A stretch of DNA of 64,000 nucleotides, from NCBI GenBank assembly GCA_050741915.1, contig JBOGEX010000106.1, forward strand, positions 702-64,701. The letters run 5' to 3'. Under the pieces are notes generated by a model. The model did not search any database and was not told where the DNA came from. It saw nothing but the letters and a program-made list of their open reading frames with translations. A program made the position numbers and the translations under genes. The stretch comes from Acidimicrobiia bacterium (GTDB taxonomy: Bacteria; Actinomycetota; Acidimicrobiia; Spongiisociales; ZC4RG35). Below, piece after piece: positions 1 to 9,670 of this stretch (the stretch's first letter is position 1; each line of letters begins with the position of its first letter).

Positions 1-764
1 TGCCGGTCCATGCGCTCGGACAGGGTCTTGGTGCCCTGGAGAGTGAGCCATGCCACCAGTGGTGACATGATCGAGCCGGCCGACTTCTGCATGAACTTGA
101 GCTCCCTCACCTGCTCGGCGGTAGAGGCGACCGCGGCCCCCCCGAGGGTGGCGTTGTGGCCGTCGAGATACTTGGTGGTCGAGTGGACGACGATGTCCGC
201 CCCCAGTTCGAGGGGACGCTGGTAGTAGGGGGTGAGAAGGGTGTTGTCGACCGCATGGAGAATCCCCCGCTCGGAGGCCAGATCCGAGATCGCCCGCAGA
301 TCAGTGAGCTTCAAGGTGGGGTTGGCCGGCGTCTCGGTGAATACCAATTTGGTGGTCGACCTCAGCATCGAGGCCACCAATGCCGGATCGGACGTGTCGA
401 CAAACGAGAACTCGACCCCGAACCGGGAAAGGACCCGAGTGGCAAAGCGGTGGGTTCCGCCATAGACAACGTCGGAGACGACAACATGATCGCCTGAGTT
501 GAGAAACCCCATCAGGACGGCCACCGTGGCCGCCATCCCCGAGGCGTAGGCGGCCGCACCTTCCCCTCCCTCCAAGTCGCGGATCTTCTCCTCGAAGGCA
601 TTCACCGTGGGGTTGCCCGCCCGTGAATACGAGTAGCCGCGGGCCATGTATTCGTCGATCGACTCCTGAACGAAGGTTGTCGATTGATGGATCGGGGTGA
701 GGATCGCCCCGGTCGTGGGATCGGGCTCGACCCCGGCATGGATCTGGCGTGTGCGAAACTTCAT
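1..764 (-). CDS. Cys/Met-metabolism PLP-dependent enzyme (cystathionine gamma-synthase/gamma-lyase family), N-terminal ~254 codons; 3' end lies beyond the window start
   Basis: Absent from the ORF track because it runs off the left edge. Own reverse-strand translation from ATG at 764: MKFRTRQIHAGVEPDPTTGAILTPIHQSTTFVQ...YSRAGNPTVNAFEEKIRDLEGG...IVVHSTTKYLDGHNATLGG. This is the family N-terminus plus the S-T-T-K-Y PLP-lysine motif. ATGA start/stop overlap with the upstream gene at 761-764. Confidence 0.8.
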   Translation of the reverse strand, partial: MKFRTRQIHAGVEPDPTTGAILTPIHQSTTFVQESIDEYMARGYSYSRAGNPTVNAFEEKIRDLEGGEGAAAYASGMAATVAVLMGFLNSGDHVVVSDVVYGGTHRFATRVLSRFGVEFSFVDTSDPALVASMLRSTTKLVFTETPANPTLKLTDLRAISDLASERGILHAVDNTLLTPYYQRPLELGADIVVHSTTKYLDGHNATLGGAAVASTAEQVRELKFMQKSAGSIMSPLVAWLTLQGTKTLSERMDR

Positions 765-2059
765 CCGGCCGCCAATTCTTCAACCGGAGCCCGCAGACCC
801 TCGGTCACGGTGGTGCGGAGGGCCCGGTGGTGGCGGAAGATCACCCAGCCGGCGGCGATCAAAAAGACGATGGCCACTGCCACCCGCCCGACGGGGTTGT
901 ACTCCTCCCGCAACACGATCGAGACGTAGAACGACTCGAGCAGCTGCGCAATAAACAGACCGAGAAGCACCCAGGCCTCCCGCCGGTCCATCGAGCGGCT
1001 GGCGAGGATGGCGACGGCGAAGATCGATTGGGCGGCGGTGACCAGGAGCTCATCTCGTTGCTCGAGACCGAGCGGCAGCCCGCCGAACGACGTCGAGGAG
1101 ATGGCGAACACCAGCGGGAGCGTTCCCACGAGCAGCGTCCACTGGTTCACCTTCGAGGAGAGCAAAGCGCCGAAACCGGTGCGGGCGGAAAGCCGCCAGG
1201 CGAAGAGAGCCGCCACCAATAGTTCGGGTGACTCCGAGGCGAGTGGGGCGAGCCACTTCACCAAAAGGAATTCGGGAATGTTGTACGCCTCGCCGAGCTC
1301 GACGAGGCTCTCGGCGAAGGGCTCGGCGACGAGAAGGATGGCGCCGGCCGAGAAGATGAACATGGCGATGTTGACAATGCGCCGGTTGTGGGTGCCGAGC
1401 TCGGCGATGCGAGCCGCCGGTCCCACCAGATGAGGCGCCTCCGCCGGGGCCTTGGAGAGCCGCCAAAGGTAGGCGCCGTAAAGGGCGACCAGCACGACGG
1501 CGTCGAAGAGCGTGAGGCTGTCGCGGAGGAAGAAATGGAGGCCGTAGATCGAGGCCAGAGTGAGGAAGGCCACGTCGATCGACTGGATCCGTTCCAGGTG
1601 GACCGCCCGATCGTCGGCTCCCCCCACCTCGATGCCGCGGCCATAAAGCTTGCGAACTCGTCTGGTGGCGAGTAGCACCACCAGCGGCCAACCGAATCCG
1701 ATCAATAGCTGGTTGCCGCCGGTCATGTTGGCGAGGGCGTTCGGTGCCTGGGAGATGTCCGTACCGGCTTTCCAGGTGAACACGAAGTCGACTGCGTACT
1801 CCGGCAAAACCGCGATCAGGGCGAGGATGGCCAGGGCCAGCCCGCCGGAGATGTCGAGCTGCACCACCTCGGCTGCCCAAGAAAGGATGAAGGCGGCGCC
1901 GATGATGGCGAGGCCGAAGATGAGGGCGGCCAGCGCGGGGGGAGGGTGGACATCGCCAAAACGGACGAAAAGACCCGGAGCGGCCGCCGCCACGGCCAAG
2001 GCGACGTAGAGCTGGGCGCGGCTACCGGTCGCTTCTTCGATTATCTCCGGGGCCGCCAT
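761..2059 (-). CDS. polytopic membrane protein, probable cation/calcium exchanger (Na_Ca_ex/CaCA-like)
   Basis: ORF track 761..2059 (432 aa), many hydrophobic segments. Two halves carry LPEYAVD and SESPELLVA, resembling the G(S/T)SxPE alpha-repeat signature of CaCA transporters (recalled, not searched). Confidence 0.55.
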   Translation of the reverse strand: MAAPEIIEEATGSRAQLYVALAVAAAAPGLFVRFGDVHPPPALAALIFGLAIIGAAFILSWAAEVVQLDISGGLALAILALIAVLPEYAVDFVFTWKAGTDISQAPNALANMTGGNQLLIGFGWPLVVLLATRRVRKLYGRGIEVGGADDRAVHLERIQSIDVAFLTLASIYGLHFFLRDSLTLFDAVVLVALYGAYLWRLSKAPAEAPHLVGPAARIAELGTHNRRIVNIAMFIFSAGAILLVAEPFAESLVELGEAYNIPEFLLVKWLAPLASESPELLVAALFAWRLSARTGFGALLSSKVNQWTLLVGTLPLVFAISSTSFGGLPLGLEQRDELLVTAAQSIFAVAILASRSMDRREAWVLLGLFIAQLLESFYVSIVLREEYNPVGRVAVAIVFLIAAGWVIFRHHRALRTTVTEGLRAPVEELAAG

Positions 2060-2071
2060 GGGGGCCAGAGT

Positions 2072-2461
2072 TTATGACCCGAGTGCTGTTTCCGAGATGG
2101 GGCGGGTTTCCATGAGAACGACTGGAGTGCCGTCGGGGTCGGGGAGCGAGGCGAGCCAAAGCTCGGAGGAGTCGTCGCGATGGACAACATGGGGCTGGTT
2201 GGAGAACTCGCCCCCGCGTTCTGTGATCTCCTTTACCGCCTCTGCAATGTCGTCGACTGCGAAGTACATGATCGGTCGGGAACGAAACTCTTCGTTCTCC
2301 GGCTGACCGAGATAGAGCCGCACACCTCCGCAGTCGAAGAACGCCATCGGCTGGCCTGGAACCTGGAATAGGAAATCGAGCCCAAGCACATCGCGGTACC
2401 AAGCCACGGCTCGATCGATCTCGGAAACACTGACATGAAGCTGACCAAGACCGGTAATCAT
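2072..2461 (-). CDS. VOC family protein (glyoxalase/bleomycin-resistance fold)
   Basis: ORF 2072..2461 (129 aa): MITGLGQLHVSVSEIDRAVAWYRDVLGLDF... followed by a PDPDGTPVVLME-type C-terminus, typical of the VOC fold. Confidence 0.75.
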   Translation of the reverse strand: MITGLGQLHVSVSEIDRAVAWYRDVLGLDFLFQVPGQPMAFFDCGGVRLYLGQPENEEFRSRPIMYFAVDDIAEAVKEITERGGEFSNQPHVVHRDDSSELWLASLPDPDGTPVVLMETRPISETALGS

Positions 2462-2495
2462 GAGTGTGATTATCGACTGACGCGCCAGTGGTGGC

Positions 2496-2544
2496 GTTTC
2501 TCCGCCCGCAGGGGGGAGTACCGGCGCAGCCGAGGAAGGGGAAC
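2496..2544 (+). repeat. GC-rich structured intergenic repeat, family Y (copy 1 of 4)
   Basis: gtttctccgcccgcaggggggagtaccggcgcagccgaggaaggggaac aligns with the copies at 27632, 10663(-) and 41339(-). It lies between the divergent VOC and marR starts. Confidence 0.8.
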
Positions 2545-2572
2545 TTAGTTTCTTCGGTTAATATTTTCCTTT

Positions 2573-3013
2573 GTGAAGGATACCGAAACTGCCTTGGACA
2601 CCGCGGCTCGACTGCGGTTGGTGGTGGCGAGGATGCAGCGGCTCCTCCGCAGCCAGGAGATGGGCGGTCTCTCTCTTACCGAGGCCTCCTGCTTGGCGGT
2701 GATCGGCCGCCGCGGGCCGCTCCCCCTCAACGAGATCGCGGCCAGCGAGCACCTCTCCGCCCCGAGTGTCACCAAGACGGTCACCCGGATGGAGGAGGCC
2801 GGGCTCATCGACCGGCTGACCGATCCGACCGATCGCCGCGTCAGCCTGGTGACATTGTCGAAGAAGGGGCGAGCCCTGCTCGATCAAATCCGGAGCCGCC
2901 GCAATGCCTTCCTGTTGCTCCGCCTGCGCGAGCTGTCGTCCTCTGAATTGGAGACGGTCGAGCAAGCCTTGCCGATCCTGGAACGGCTGGCGGCCGAAGC
3001 GCTCAACTCATGA
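2573..3013 (+). CDS. MarR family transcriptional regulator
   Basis: ORF 2573..3013 (146 aa, GTG start). The winged-helix segment LTEASCLAVIGRRGPLPLNEIAASEHLSAPSVTKTVTRMEEAGLIDRLTDPTDRRVSLVTLSKKG is the canonical MarR signature. 4-nt overlap with the downstream MFS gene. An AT-rich box ggttaatattttcc (2556-2569, containing TAATAT) sits just upstream, compatible with a -10 element for a leaderless or short-leader mRNA and/or an operator. Confidence 0.9.
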   Translation: MKDTETALDTAARLRLVVARMQRLLRSQEMGGLSLTEASCLAVIGRRGPLPLNEIAASEHLSAPSVTKTVTRMEEAGLIDRLTDPTDRRVSLVTLSKKGRALLDQIRSRRNAFLLLRLRELSSSELETVEQALPILERLAAEALNS

Positions 3014-4284
3014 CTGTTCTTGCCTCCTCTCGAACTGCCTTTCGTGACACGTTTCGGTCGCTCGGGATTCGCAACTTTCGGTTGTTCTTTATCGGGCAGG
3101 TGATCTCGCAGACAGGTAGCTGGATGACGATGGTGGCCCAGACCCTCCTCATTCTCGATATGACCGGGTCGGGCGTCCTTCTCGGGTTGTTGGCCGCCGC
3201 CCAATTCGGGCCTGTCCTTCTTTTAGGGGCGTGGGCGGGAGCGGTGGCCGATCGCAGCGACAAGCATCGGCTGTTGGCCTTCACCCAAAGCGCGGCGATG
3301 GTGCAGTCGCTTGCCCTGGGAACCGTCGTGCTGGCAGGGTTCGAATCGGTGCCGATCGTCTTCGTTCTCGCCAGCCTGCAGGGCATAGTCATCGCCTTCG
3401 ACAACCCGGCTCGTCGTTCGTTTGTCGTCGAATTGGTTCCCAAGGAGAACCTCGCCAATGCCGTCAGCCTCAACAGCACCCTGATGACGACGGCGCGGAT
3501 GATCGGCCCGGCCCTCGCCGGCGTCCTCATCGTCACCGTCGGATACGCCTGGTGCTTCCTCCTCGACGGTGCCAGCTACCTGGTGGTGCTCGCCGCTCTC
3601 CGACGAATGAAGCCGGCCGACTTCTTCTCCGAGGCGCCCACCCCTCGCTCGCCTGGGCAAGTGCGGGAGGGTCTGCGATACGTGGCGTCGCATAACGAAC
3701 AGTTGGTCCCGCTAGTGATGATGGCCATCGTCGGAACGTTCGCCTTCAACTTCGCGGTCACCACTCCGCTCTTGGTCACCGGACCGCTGCGGGGAAGCAA
3801 TCAGGCCTACACATTCCTCGTTTCGACCATGAGTCTCGGGTCGGTCATCGGCGCCATCGCTACGGCCCGTCGACGGACGATCCCGTTCTCTCATCTCATC
3901 TCGTCGGTGGCCGGCTTTGGAATCGCGATGCTCGCCCTCGCCTTGACACCGGCGTTATGGCTGGCATTTCCCGTCGCCTTCCTCGTGGGTCTGGGCAGCA
4001 TCGCCTTCATGACCACATCCACCGCCATGATGCAGCTCCAGGCCGAGCCCCGATATCGCGGTCGCGTGCTGGCGCTGCAGGCCATGGTCTTTCTGGGTAC
4101 CACCCCGATCGGCTCTCCACTGGTCGGCTGGATGAGCGATCGCTTCGGGGCTCGGACCGCCATCGCCTTCGGGTCGGCCGCCTGTTTTGTCGCCGCCTGG
4201 TTCGGCGCACGCCGGCTCAAGGGACTGACTCCCCGCTCAGAAATGGTGGAGGCGCCGTTGCTGGTCGACAAACCGGTCGCCTGA
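3010..4284 (+). CDS. MFS transporter (MFS_3/EntS-like)
   Basis: ORF 3010..4284 (424 aa), about 12 hydrophobic helices. The N-terminus FRSLGIRNFRLFFIGQVISQTGSWM is typical of the EntS-like MFS_3 subfamily. Coupled to marR. Confidence 0.85.
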   Translation: MTVLASSRTAFRDTFRSLGIRNFRLFFIGQVISQTGSWMTMVAQTLLILDMTGSGVLLGLLAAAQFGPVLLLGAWAGAVADRSDKHRLLAFTQSAAMVQSLALGTVVLAGFESVPIVFVLASLQGIVIAFDNPARRSFVVELVPKENLANAVSLNSTLMTTARMIGPALAGVLIVTVGYAWCFLLDGASYLVVLAALRRMKPADFFSEAPTPRSPGQVREGLRYVASHNEQLVPLVMMAIVGTFAFNFAVTTPLLVTGPLRGSNQAYTFLVSTMSLGSVIGAIATARRRTIPFSHLISSVAGFGIAMLALALTPALWLAFPVAFLVGLGSIAFMTTSTAMMQLQAEPRYRGRVLALQAMVFLGTTPIGSPLVGWMSDRFGARTAIAFGSAACFVAAWFGARRLKGLTPRSEMVEAPLLVDKPVA

Positions 4285-4324
4285 GCGGCGTTTTCGCGTC
4301 CCGAACGCGGCCCATAGGCTGCGT

Positions 4325-6211
4325 TTGATGCGCGAGATCACCGAGGAAGACCGCTGGCTGATGGCTGCGGGCCGCCACCGCGGACTGCACGAGATCCTCG
4401 GGTGTCATCTGGACGAAACCGGCGCCACCTTCCGCCTTTGGGCTCCCGGCGCGGCCTGGGCAGCGGTGGTGGGATCATTCAACAACTGGAACGGCAATGC
4501 GCACCCCCTCTCATCCTTCGGAAATGGATTCTGGTCAACGCGGGTCAATGGGGTATTCAGCGGCGACTCCTACAAGTTTCAGGTCACCACCAGCCACTAT
4601 CGCTCGATCGATAAGGCCGACCCGTTCTCGGTCTTGATGGAGAAGCCGCCGGCCACGGCTTCACGAGCTTGGGACCTCACCTACGAGTGGGGTGACGGCC
4701 AGTGGATGAAGGACCGTCAGGAGCAGCTCGCCACCGATCAACCCATCTCGATCTATGAGGTTCACCTCGGATCATGGCGAAACCACGGTGACGTGTCCTA
4801 TCGAAATATCGCCGAATCATTGGCCGACTACGTGGTCGAGCAGGGCTTCACTCACGTGGAGTTCCTACCGTTGATGGAACACCCCTTCTATGGCTCCTGG
4901 GGCTATCAGATCACCGGTTTCTTCGCCCCTACGGCTCGCTACGGGGCTCCCCAGGACCTGATGTACCTCATCGATCAACTTCATCAGCGCGGCATCGGGG
5001 TGATTCTTGATTGGGTTCCGTCGCACTTTCCCGCCGATCAACACGGCCTGGCCTTCTTCGACGGCACCCATCTCTACGAGCATCCCGATGCCCGGCGGGG
5101 CTTTCACCCCGACTGGAATTCGATCATCTTCGATTACGACCGCGGCGAGGTGCGGAGCTTCCTTCTCTCCTCGGCTTATTCGTGGCTCGATCGCTATCAC
5201 GCCGACGGACTCCGGGTCGACGCGGTGGCGTCAATGCTCTATCTGGACTACTCCCGCCAGGGAGGACAGTGGCTTCCCAACGAGCACGGCGGCCGCGAGC
5301 ACCTGGGAGCGATCGAATTGTTTCGGCAACTCAACGGCAGCGTTCGCCACTCACATCCGGGTGTGGCCACGATGGCAGAGGAGTCGACATCATGGCCCAA
5401 CGTCACCGGCGCTCCGGAGCACGACTCGCTCGGCTTCCATTACAAGTGGGACATGGGTTGGATGAACGACACCCTGCGCTACGTCCGACTCGATCCCCTC
5501 TTTCGCTCCCACCCCGATAGCCATCGCCTTCTTACCTTCCGCGGGCTCTACGCCTATAGCGAGGATTTTCTCCTTCCGCTCTCCCACGACGAAGTGGTCC
5601 ATGGAAAGGGATCCCTGTTCGGGAAACAGTGGGGAGGGCCGGATCAGAAGGCTGCCGGGCTCCGAACCCTCCTCGGATACATGTGGACCGTTCCGGGGAA
5701 GAAACTGCTCTTCATGGGGGGCGAGTTCGGGCAGGAGCGAGAGTGGGATCACGATTCGTCCCTCGATTGGAGTTTGCTCGCCGAGCCCCGTCATCGCCAG
5801 ATCCTCGATTGGGTGCGGGAGCTCAACTACCTCTTGCGAAATGAGCCTGCGCTTTTCCGAGAGGACGAGATCAGTTCGGGCTTCGAGTGGCTCGAGCCGG
5901 AGGACTATCCCCGCTCGGTGTTCGCCTACCTGCGTCGGGCAGAAGGAAGCCGGCCGGTGCTCGTCCTGCTCAACTTCACTCCGGTGACCTGGGACCGATA
6001 CCAGGTGGGCGTGCCAATTGGAGCTGCCTGGTCGATCTTGCTGACCAGTGACGACGTTCGATTCGGAGGAGCTGGGTCGCTCGGAGCGGAGCCACTCGTG
6101 GCCTTGGGGAGGCCTCACCAGGACCAACCCGATTCCTTGGTGCTTAACCTCCCCCCTCTGTCCGCAACGTTCCTGGTACCAGATCAATTGAGCGATGGCC
6201 CGGCGACCTGA
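4325..6211 (+). CDS. glgB: 1,4-alpha-glucan branching enzyme
   Basis: ORF 4325..6211 (628 aa). GH13 motifs [28 protein letters not shown] and SHDEVVHGK, with CBM48-like FRLWAPGA near the N-terminus. Confidence 0.95.
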   Translation: MMREITEEDRWLMAAGRHRGLHEILGCHLDETGATFRLWAPGAAWAAVVGSFNNWNGNAHPLSSFGNGFWSTRVNGVFSGDSYKFQVTTSHYRSIDKADPFSVLMEKPPATASRAWDLTYEWGDGQWMKDRQEQLATDQPISIYEVHLGSWRNHGDVSYRNIAESLADYVVEQGFTHVEFLPLMEHPFYGSWGYQITGFFAPTARYGAPQDLMYLIDQLHQRGIGVILDWVPSHFPADQHGLAFFDGTHLYEHPDARRGFHPDWNSIIFDYDRGEVRSFLLSSAYSWLDRYHADGLRVDAVASMLYLDYSRQGGQWLPNEHGGREHLGAIELFRQLNGSVRHSHPGVATMAEESTSWPNVTGAPEHDSLGFHYKWDMGWMNDTLRYVRLDPLFRSHPDSHRLLTFRGLYAYSEDFLLPLSHDEVVHGKGSLFGKQWGGPDQKAAGLRTLLGYMWTVPGKKLLFMGGEFGQEREWDHDSSLDWSLLAEPRHRQILDWVRELNYLLRNEPALFREDEISSGFEWLEPEDYPRSVFAYLRRAEGSRPVLVLLNFTPVTWDRYQVGVPIGAAWSILLTSDDVRFGGAGSLGAEPLVALGRPHQDQPDSLVLNLPPLSATFLVPDQLSDGPAT

Positions 6212-7427
6212 AGTCCTCTCGATTGTGCTGGCCGGTGGCGAAGGCAAACGGCTGATGCCGCTCACCCGCGACCGGGCCAAGCCTGCAGTTCCGTTCGGCG
6301 GCCACTACCGACTAATCGACTTTGCACTCTCCAACCTGGTCAACGGCGGGCAACGCAAGATCGTCGTCCTCACCCAGTACAAGAGCCACTCCCTCAACGT
6401 CCACGTTTCTCGCACCTGGCGGATGTCCACCCTGCTCGGAAACTACGTGACGTCCGTTCCGGCCCAGATGCGCCTCGGTCAGCGCTGGTTCCTGGGATCG
6501 GCCGATGCCATCTATCAAAACCTCAACCTGGTGGAGGATGCATCTCCCGATTACATGTTCGTCTTTGGCGCTGACCATATATATCGCATGAACCCCGAGG
6601 ACATGCTCGAGCAGCATCTCGAAAGCGGTGCCGGAGTCACGGTGGCGGGAATCAGGGTGCCGCTCGAGCAGGCCTATCAGTTCGGCGTGATCGAAACCGG
6701 ACGAGGAACTGTGATCGAGGCCTTCCGCGAGAAGCCCATCGACGCCCAACCGATTCCCGGCGATCCTGGACACGCCTTTGTGTCGATGGGCAACTACGTG
6801 TTCACCACCAAAGTGTTGCTCGATCAGCTCGCCGCTGATGCCGATGACGAGGGCTCCCGACACGATATCGGGGGAAACCTGATTCCACAGATGGTCGACG
6901 GCGGCCTCGCTCATGTCTACGACTTCTCCGCCAACGAGGTTCCGGGCGTGACCGATCGCGAGCGAGGTTATTGGCGCGATGTCGGGCACCTTGACTCATA
7001 TTTCGATGCCTCGATGGACCTGGTGGCGACCGAGCCGATCTTCAACCTCTACAACTCGCAATGGCCAATCTTTACGGCTTCGGTCACCTCGCCCCCGGCG
7101 AAGGTGGTGGCGGTAGCTCATCATGGGTCCGGACAGATTGCCGACTCGATCCTCTCCAACGGGGTGATCGTCTCCGGCGCTTATGTGCGTAACTCGGTGC
7201 TGTCCCCTGACGTGCGGGTGGAACCGGGAGCGGTGGTCGAGAACTGCATCCTCTTCGAAAACGTCACAATCGGAACCGGGGCGGTGGTGAGGAAAACGAT
7301 CATCGACAAGAACGTGACCGTGCCCCCGAACGCCCGCATTGGCATCGACCGCGAGCAGGACGAGAGCCGCTTCGAACTTTCGCCCGAGGGGGTCGTCGCC
7401 ATCGCCAAAAACCAGCTCGTCGACTGA
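6195..7427 (+). CDS. glgC: glucose-1-phosphate adenylyltransferase
   Basis: ORF 6195..7427 (410 aa): [36 protein letters not shown] plus a C-terminal left-handed beta-helix region. Overlaps the glgB end by 17 nt. Confidence 0.95.
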   Translation: MARRPEVLSIVLAGGEGKRLMPLTRDRAKPAVPFGGHYRLIDFALSNLVNGGQRKIVVLTQYKSHSLNVHVSRTWRMSTLLGNYVTSVPAQMRLGQRWFLGSADAIYQNLNLVEDASPDYMFVFGADHIYRMNPEDMLEQHLESGAGVTVAGIRVPLEQAYQFGVIETGRGTVIEAFREKPIDAQPIPGDPGHAFVSMGNYVFTTKVLLDQLAADADDEGSRHDIGGNLIPQMVDGGLAHVYDFSANEVPGVTDRERGYWRDVGHLDSYFDASMDLVATEPIFNLYNSQWPIFTASVTSPPAKVVAVAHHGSGQIADSILSNGVIVSGAYVRNSVLSPDVRVEPGAVVENCILFENVTIGTGAVVRKTIIDKNVTVPPNARIGIDREQDESRFELSPEGVVAIAKNQLVD

Positions 7428-7441
7428 TCCGTTATCGCGTC

Positions 7442-7552
7442 CCAAATTCGTTGCAGGGCGACCATCCCCGAGCAAATTTGTTGCAGGGCGACCAGGGCGT
7501 GGTCGTGGTGCAACGAATTTGTGTAGGAGCGGTCGTGGGGCAACAAATTTGG
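7442..7552. repeat. compound palindromic repeat (two 22-nt direct repeats followed by their two inverted copies) between convergent glgC and glgX
   Basis: R1 ccaaattcgttgcagggcgacca (7442-7464), R2 caaatttgttgcagggcgacca (7473-7494), R1' tggtcgtggtgcaacgaatttg (7500-7521), R2' ggtcgtggggcaacaaatttgg (7531-7552). Confidence 0.85.
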
Positions 7553-7564
7553 AAGGAACTCGAG

Positions 7565-9670
7565 TTAATGGTTGCGGTAGAGGGCCAGCGAGAGGGGCAG
7601 CAGCGTTGGATTGGGGTCGTCGGCCTGGGAGGGACCGGTGGAGACGACCTCGTGCCACGACCACTCATCAAGCATGTCCGGCAAATGAAACCGGGTGGGC
7701 TCGGTGCTGGCGTTCATGATCAGATAGAACGACTCGTCCCGAGGCTCGACCGCGCTCCCGTTCCAGTAGACCGCAAGCGTTCGCACCCACGAGGTTTCCC
7801 AGTCGTCCGCGGTCATGATCCCGCCCGATGGCGTGAACCACCCGAAATCTGGAAGTCCGTTGGCGGCCAGGTCTCCGGTCGGATAGGTCGGTCGTCGCAA
7901 GACAGGATGCTCCCGCCGCAAGAGGGAAAGGGTCCTGATCAACTCGGTCCGCAGAAGATCTGCATTCGCCCAGTCGAACCATGAGGTCTCGTTGTCCTGG
8001 CAGTAAGCATTGTTGTTGCCACCCTGGGTCCGCCCCAGTTCGTCGCCGCCCAACAGCATCGGCACACCATGCGAAAGAAGCAGAGTCGTGAGGAGGTTGG
8101 CTACCCGCCGCGAGCGAAGTGCGGTGATCTCCTCGCTGGCGGTGGGACCCTCGGTACCGCTGTTCCATGACCGGTTGTTCGACTCGCCGTCGCGGTTTCC
8201 CTCGCCATTGGCTTCGTTGTGCTTGAGGTCATAGCTGACCAGATCGGCCACCGTGAAACCGTCGTGATTGGTGATGAAGTTGAGGGAAGCAGTGGGGCCT
8301 CGCTCGGAAAAGAGTCCTGAGCTCCCCGTCAGCCGATCGGCAAACTCATCGATCGTTCCCGGGGTGCCGCGCCACACTTCACGCATGGTGTCGCGGAAAC
8401 GACCGTTGAGCTCGCGGAACGGCGACGGAAAACGTCCGAGCTGGTAGCCACCGGCTCCGTTGTCCCAGGGTTCGGCAATCAGTTTGCATGAAGCCAGATC
8501 GGGATCGGCTCGCAGCTCACGCAGGAACGGGGCATCGGGGTCGAAGTGATCAGGGTTGCGAGCCAAAGAGGTGGCAAGATCGAAGCGAAAGCCATCAACG
8601 TGCACCTCCTTCACCCAGTAACGCAGGCTGTCGAGTACGACTTGTCGAGCCCACGGCAGCGTCAGGTCGACGCTGTTGCCAGTCCCGGTGCGATCGAGGT
8701 AGCAACGCCGGTCGGCGGGATCGAGACGATAGAAGCCGGGATTGTCGAAGCCACGAAAGCAAAGCATCGGACCTTCATCATTGCCCTCGGCAGTGTGGTT
8801 GTAGACGACATCGAGGATGACTTCGATCCCCCGTCGGTGCAGGGCTTTCACCATCGCCTTGAACTCCTTGACTGGTTCCGGCGTGCTGGCGAACCGGGCG
8901 TCGGGGGCGAAGAAACCGAGAGTCGAGTACCCCCAATAGTTGGTCAAGCCTCGACCAGAGACTGCCGCCTCGGTAGCGGAAGCATGAATCGGCATGAGTT
9001 CGACCGCCGTCACCCCCAGGGAGGTCAGATGATCGAGGATCGGTTCGGTGACGAGACCGGCATAGGTTCCCCGAAGCTCCGGAGGCACGCTGGGATGGCG
9101 AATGGTCATCCCTTTGACATGGGTCTCGTAGAGAAGGGTCTGCTCCCAGGGCGTGTTGGGCGCAACATCGTCGCCCCAGTCGAACCCGAGATCCGCGACG
9201 ACAGAGCGAACGGTGTGACGTGCACTATCGCGGGTATCCAGTTCGCCGTCTCCTGCCACCAGTGCCTCGTCGCCGGTGACGGCACCACTGATGCACCGGG
9301 CATACGGATCGGCCAGCAGCTTGTGAGGATTACACCAAAGGCCTTCGTCGGGCTTCCACGGTCCATGGACCCGAAAGCCATATTCCCATCCGACGTCGAT
9401 TCCGCTCACCGTCCCTTCGTGACGGGATGCTCCAGTCGGACTGAGAATGACCCGTTCCTCGACTCCGTCCGCGAACAGACAAAGCTCGACCTTCTCCGCG
9501 TACGGAGCGTGAACTGAAAAGTTGTTCAGGGTGTGCAGTACCAGGGAGACCAGGGATTGCGGCCAAGGTTTTGGTAATACGCGGCGAGCCAGGCGGCAGT
9601 CCCGACGTTGGCCTCGGGTTCGAAGACGCTGGCGGCTGCGAATCCCGCCTTGGGAGAGATCACCGCCCAC
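7565..9670 (-). CDS. glgX: glycogen debranching enzyme
   Basis: ORF 7565..9670. Motifs NFSVHAPYAEKVELCLF (E-set/CBM48), VVYNHTAEG, VDGFRFDLA, IAEPWD and FITNHDGFT. Start uncertain: the homology begins near 9530, and the only in-frame ATG/GTG/TTG upstream of it is GTG 9670, which overlaps the upstream gene by 145 nt. Confidence 0.9.
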   Translation of the reverse strand: MGGDLSQGGIRSRQRLRTRGQRRDCRLARRVLPKPWPQSLVSLVLHTLNNFSVHAPYAEKVELCLFADGVEERVILSPTGASRHEGTVSGIDVGWEYGFRVHGPWKPDEGLWCNPHKLLADPYARCISGAVTGDEALVAGDGELDTRDSARHTVRSVVADLGFDWGDDVAPNTPWEQTLLYETHVKGMTIRHPSVPPELRGTYAGLVTEPILDHLTSLGVTAVELMPIHASATEAAVSGRGLTNYWGYSTLGFFAPDARFASTPEPVKEFKAMVKALHRRGIEVILDVVYNHTAEGNDEGPMLCFRGFDNPGFYRLDPADRRCYLDRTGTGNSVDLTLPWARQVVLDSLRYWVKEVHVDGFRFDLATSLARNPDHFDPDAPFLRELRADPDLASCKLIAEPWDNGAGGYQLGRFPSPFRELNGRFRDTMREVWRGTPGTIDEFADRLTGSSGLFSERGPTASLNFITNHDGFTVADLVSYDLKHNEANGEGNRDGESNNRSWNSGTEGPTASEEITALRSRRVANLLTTLLLSHGVPMLLGGDELGRTQGGNNNAYCQDNETSWFDWANADLLRTELIRTLSLLRREHPVLRRPTYPTGDLAANGLPDFGWFTPSGGIMTADDWETSWVRTLAVYWNGSAVEPRDESFYLIMNASTEPTRFHLPDMLDEWSWHEVVSTGPSQADDPNPTLLPLSLALYRNH

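Noticed and set aside
3338-3347. GGTTCGAATC, a tRNA T-arm-like decamer.
   Set aside because: It lies inside the MFS coding sequence. The flanks do not form acceptor or anticodon stems, so no cloverleaf can be drawn. I recognised no tRNA anywhere in the window.
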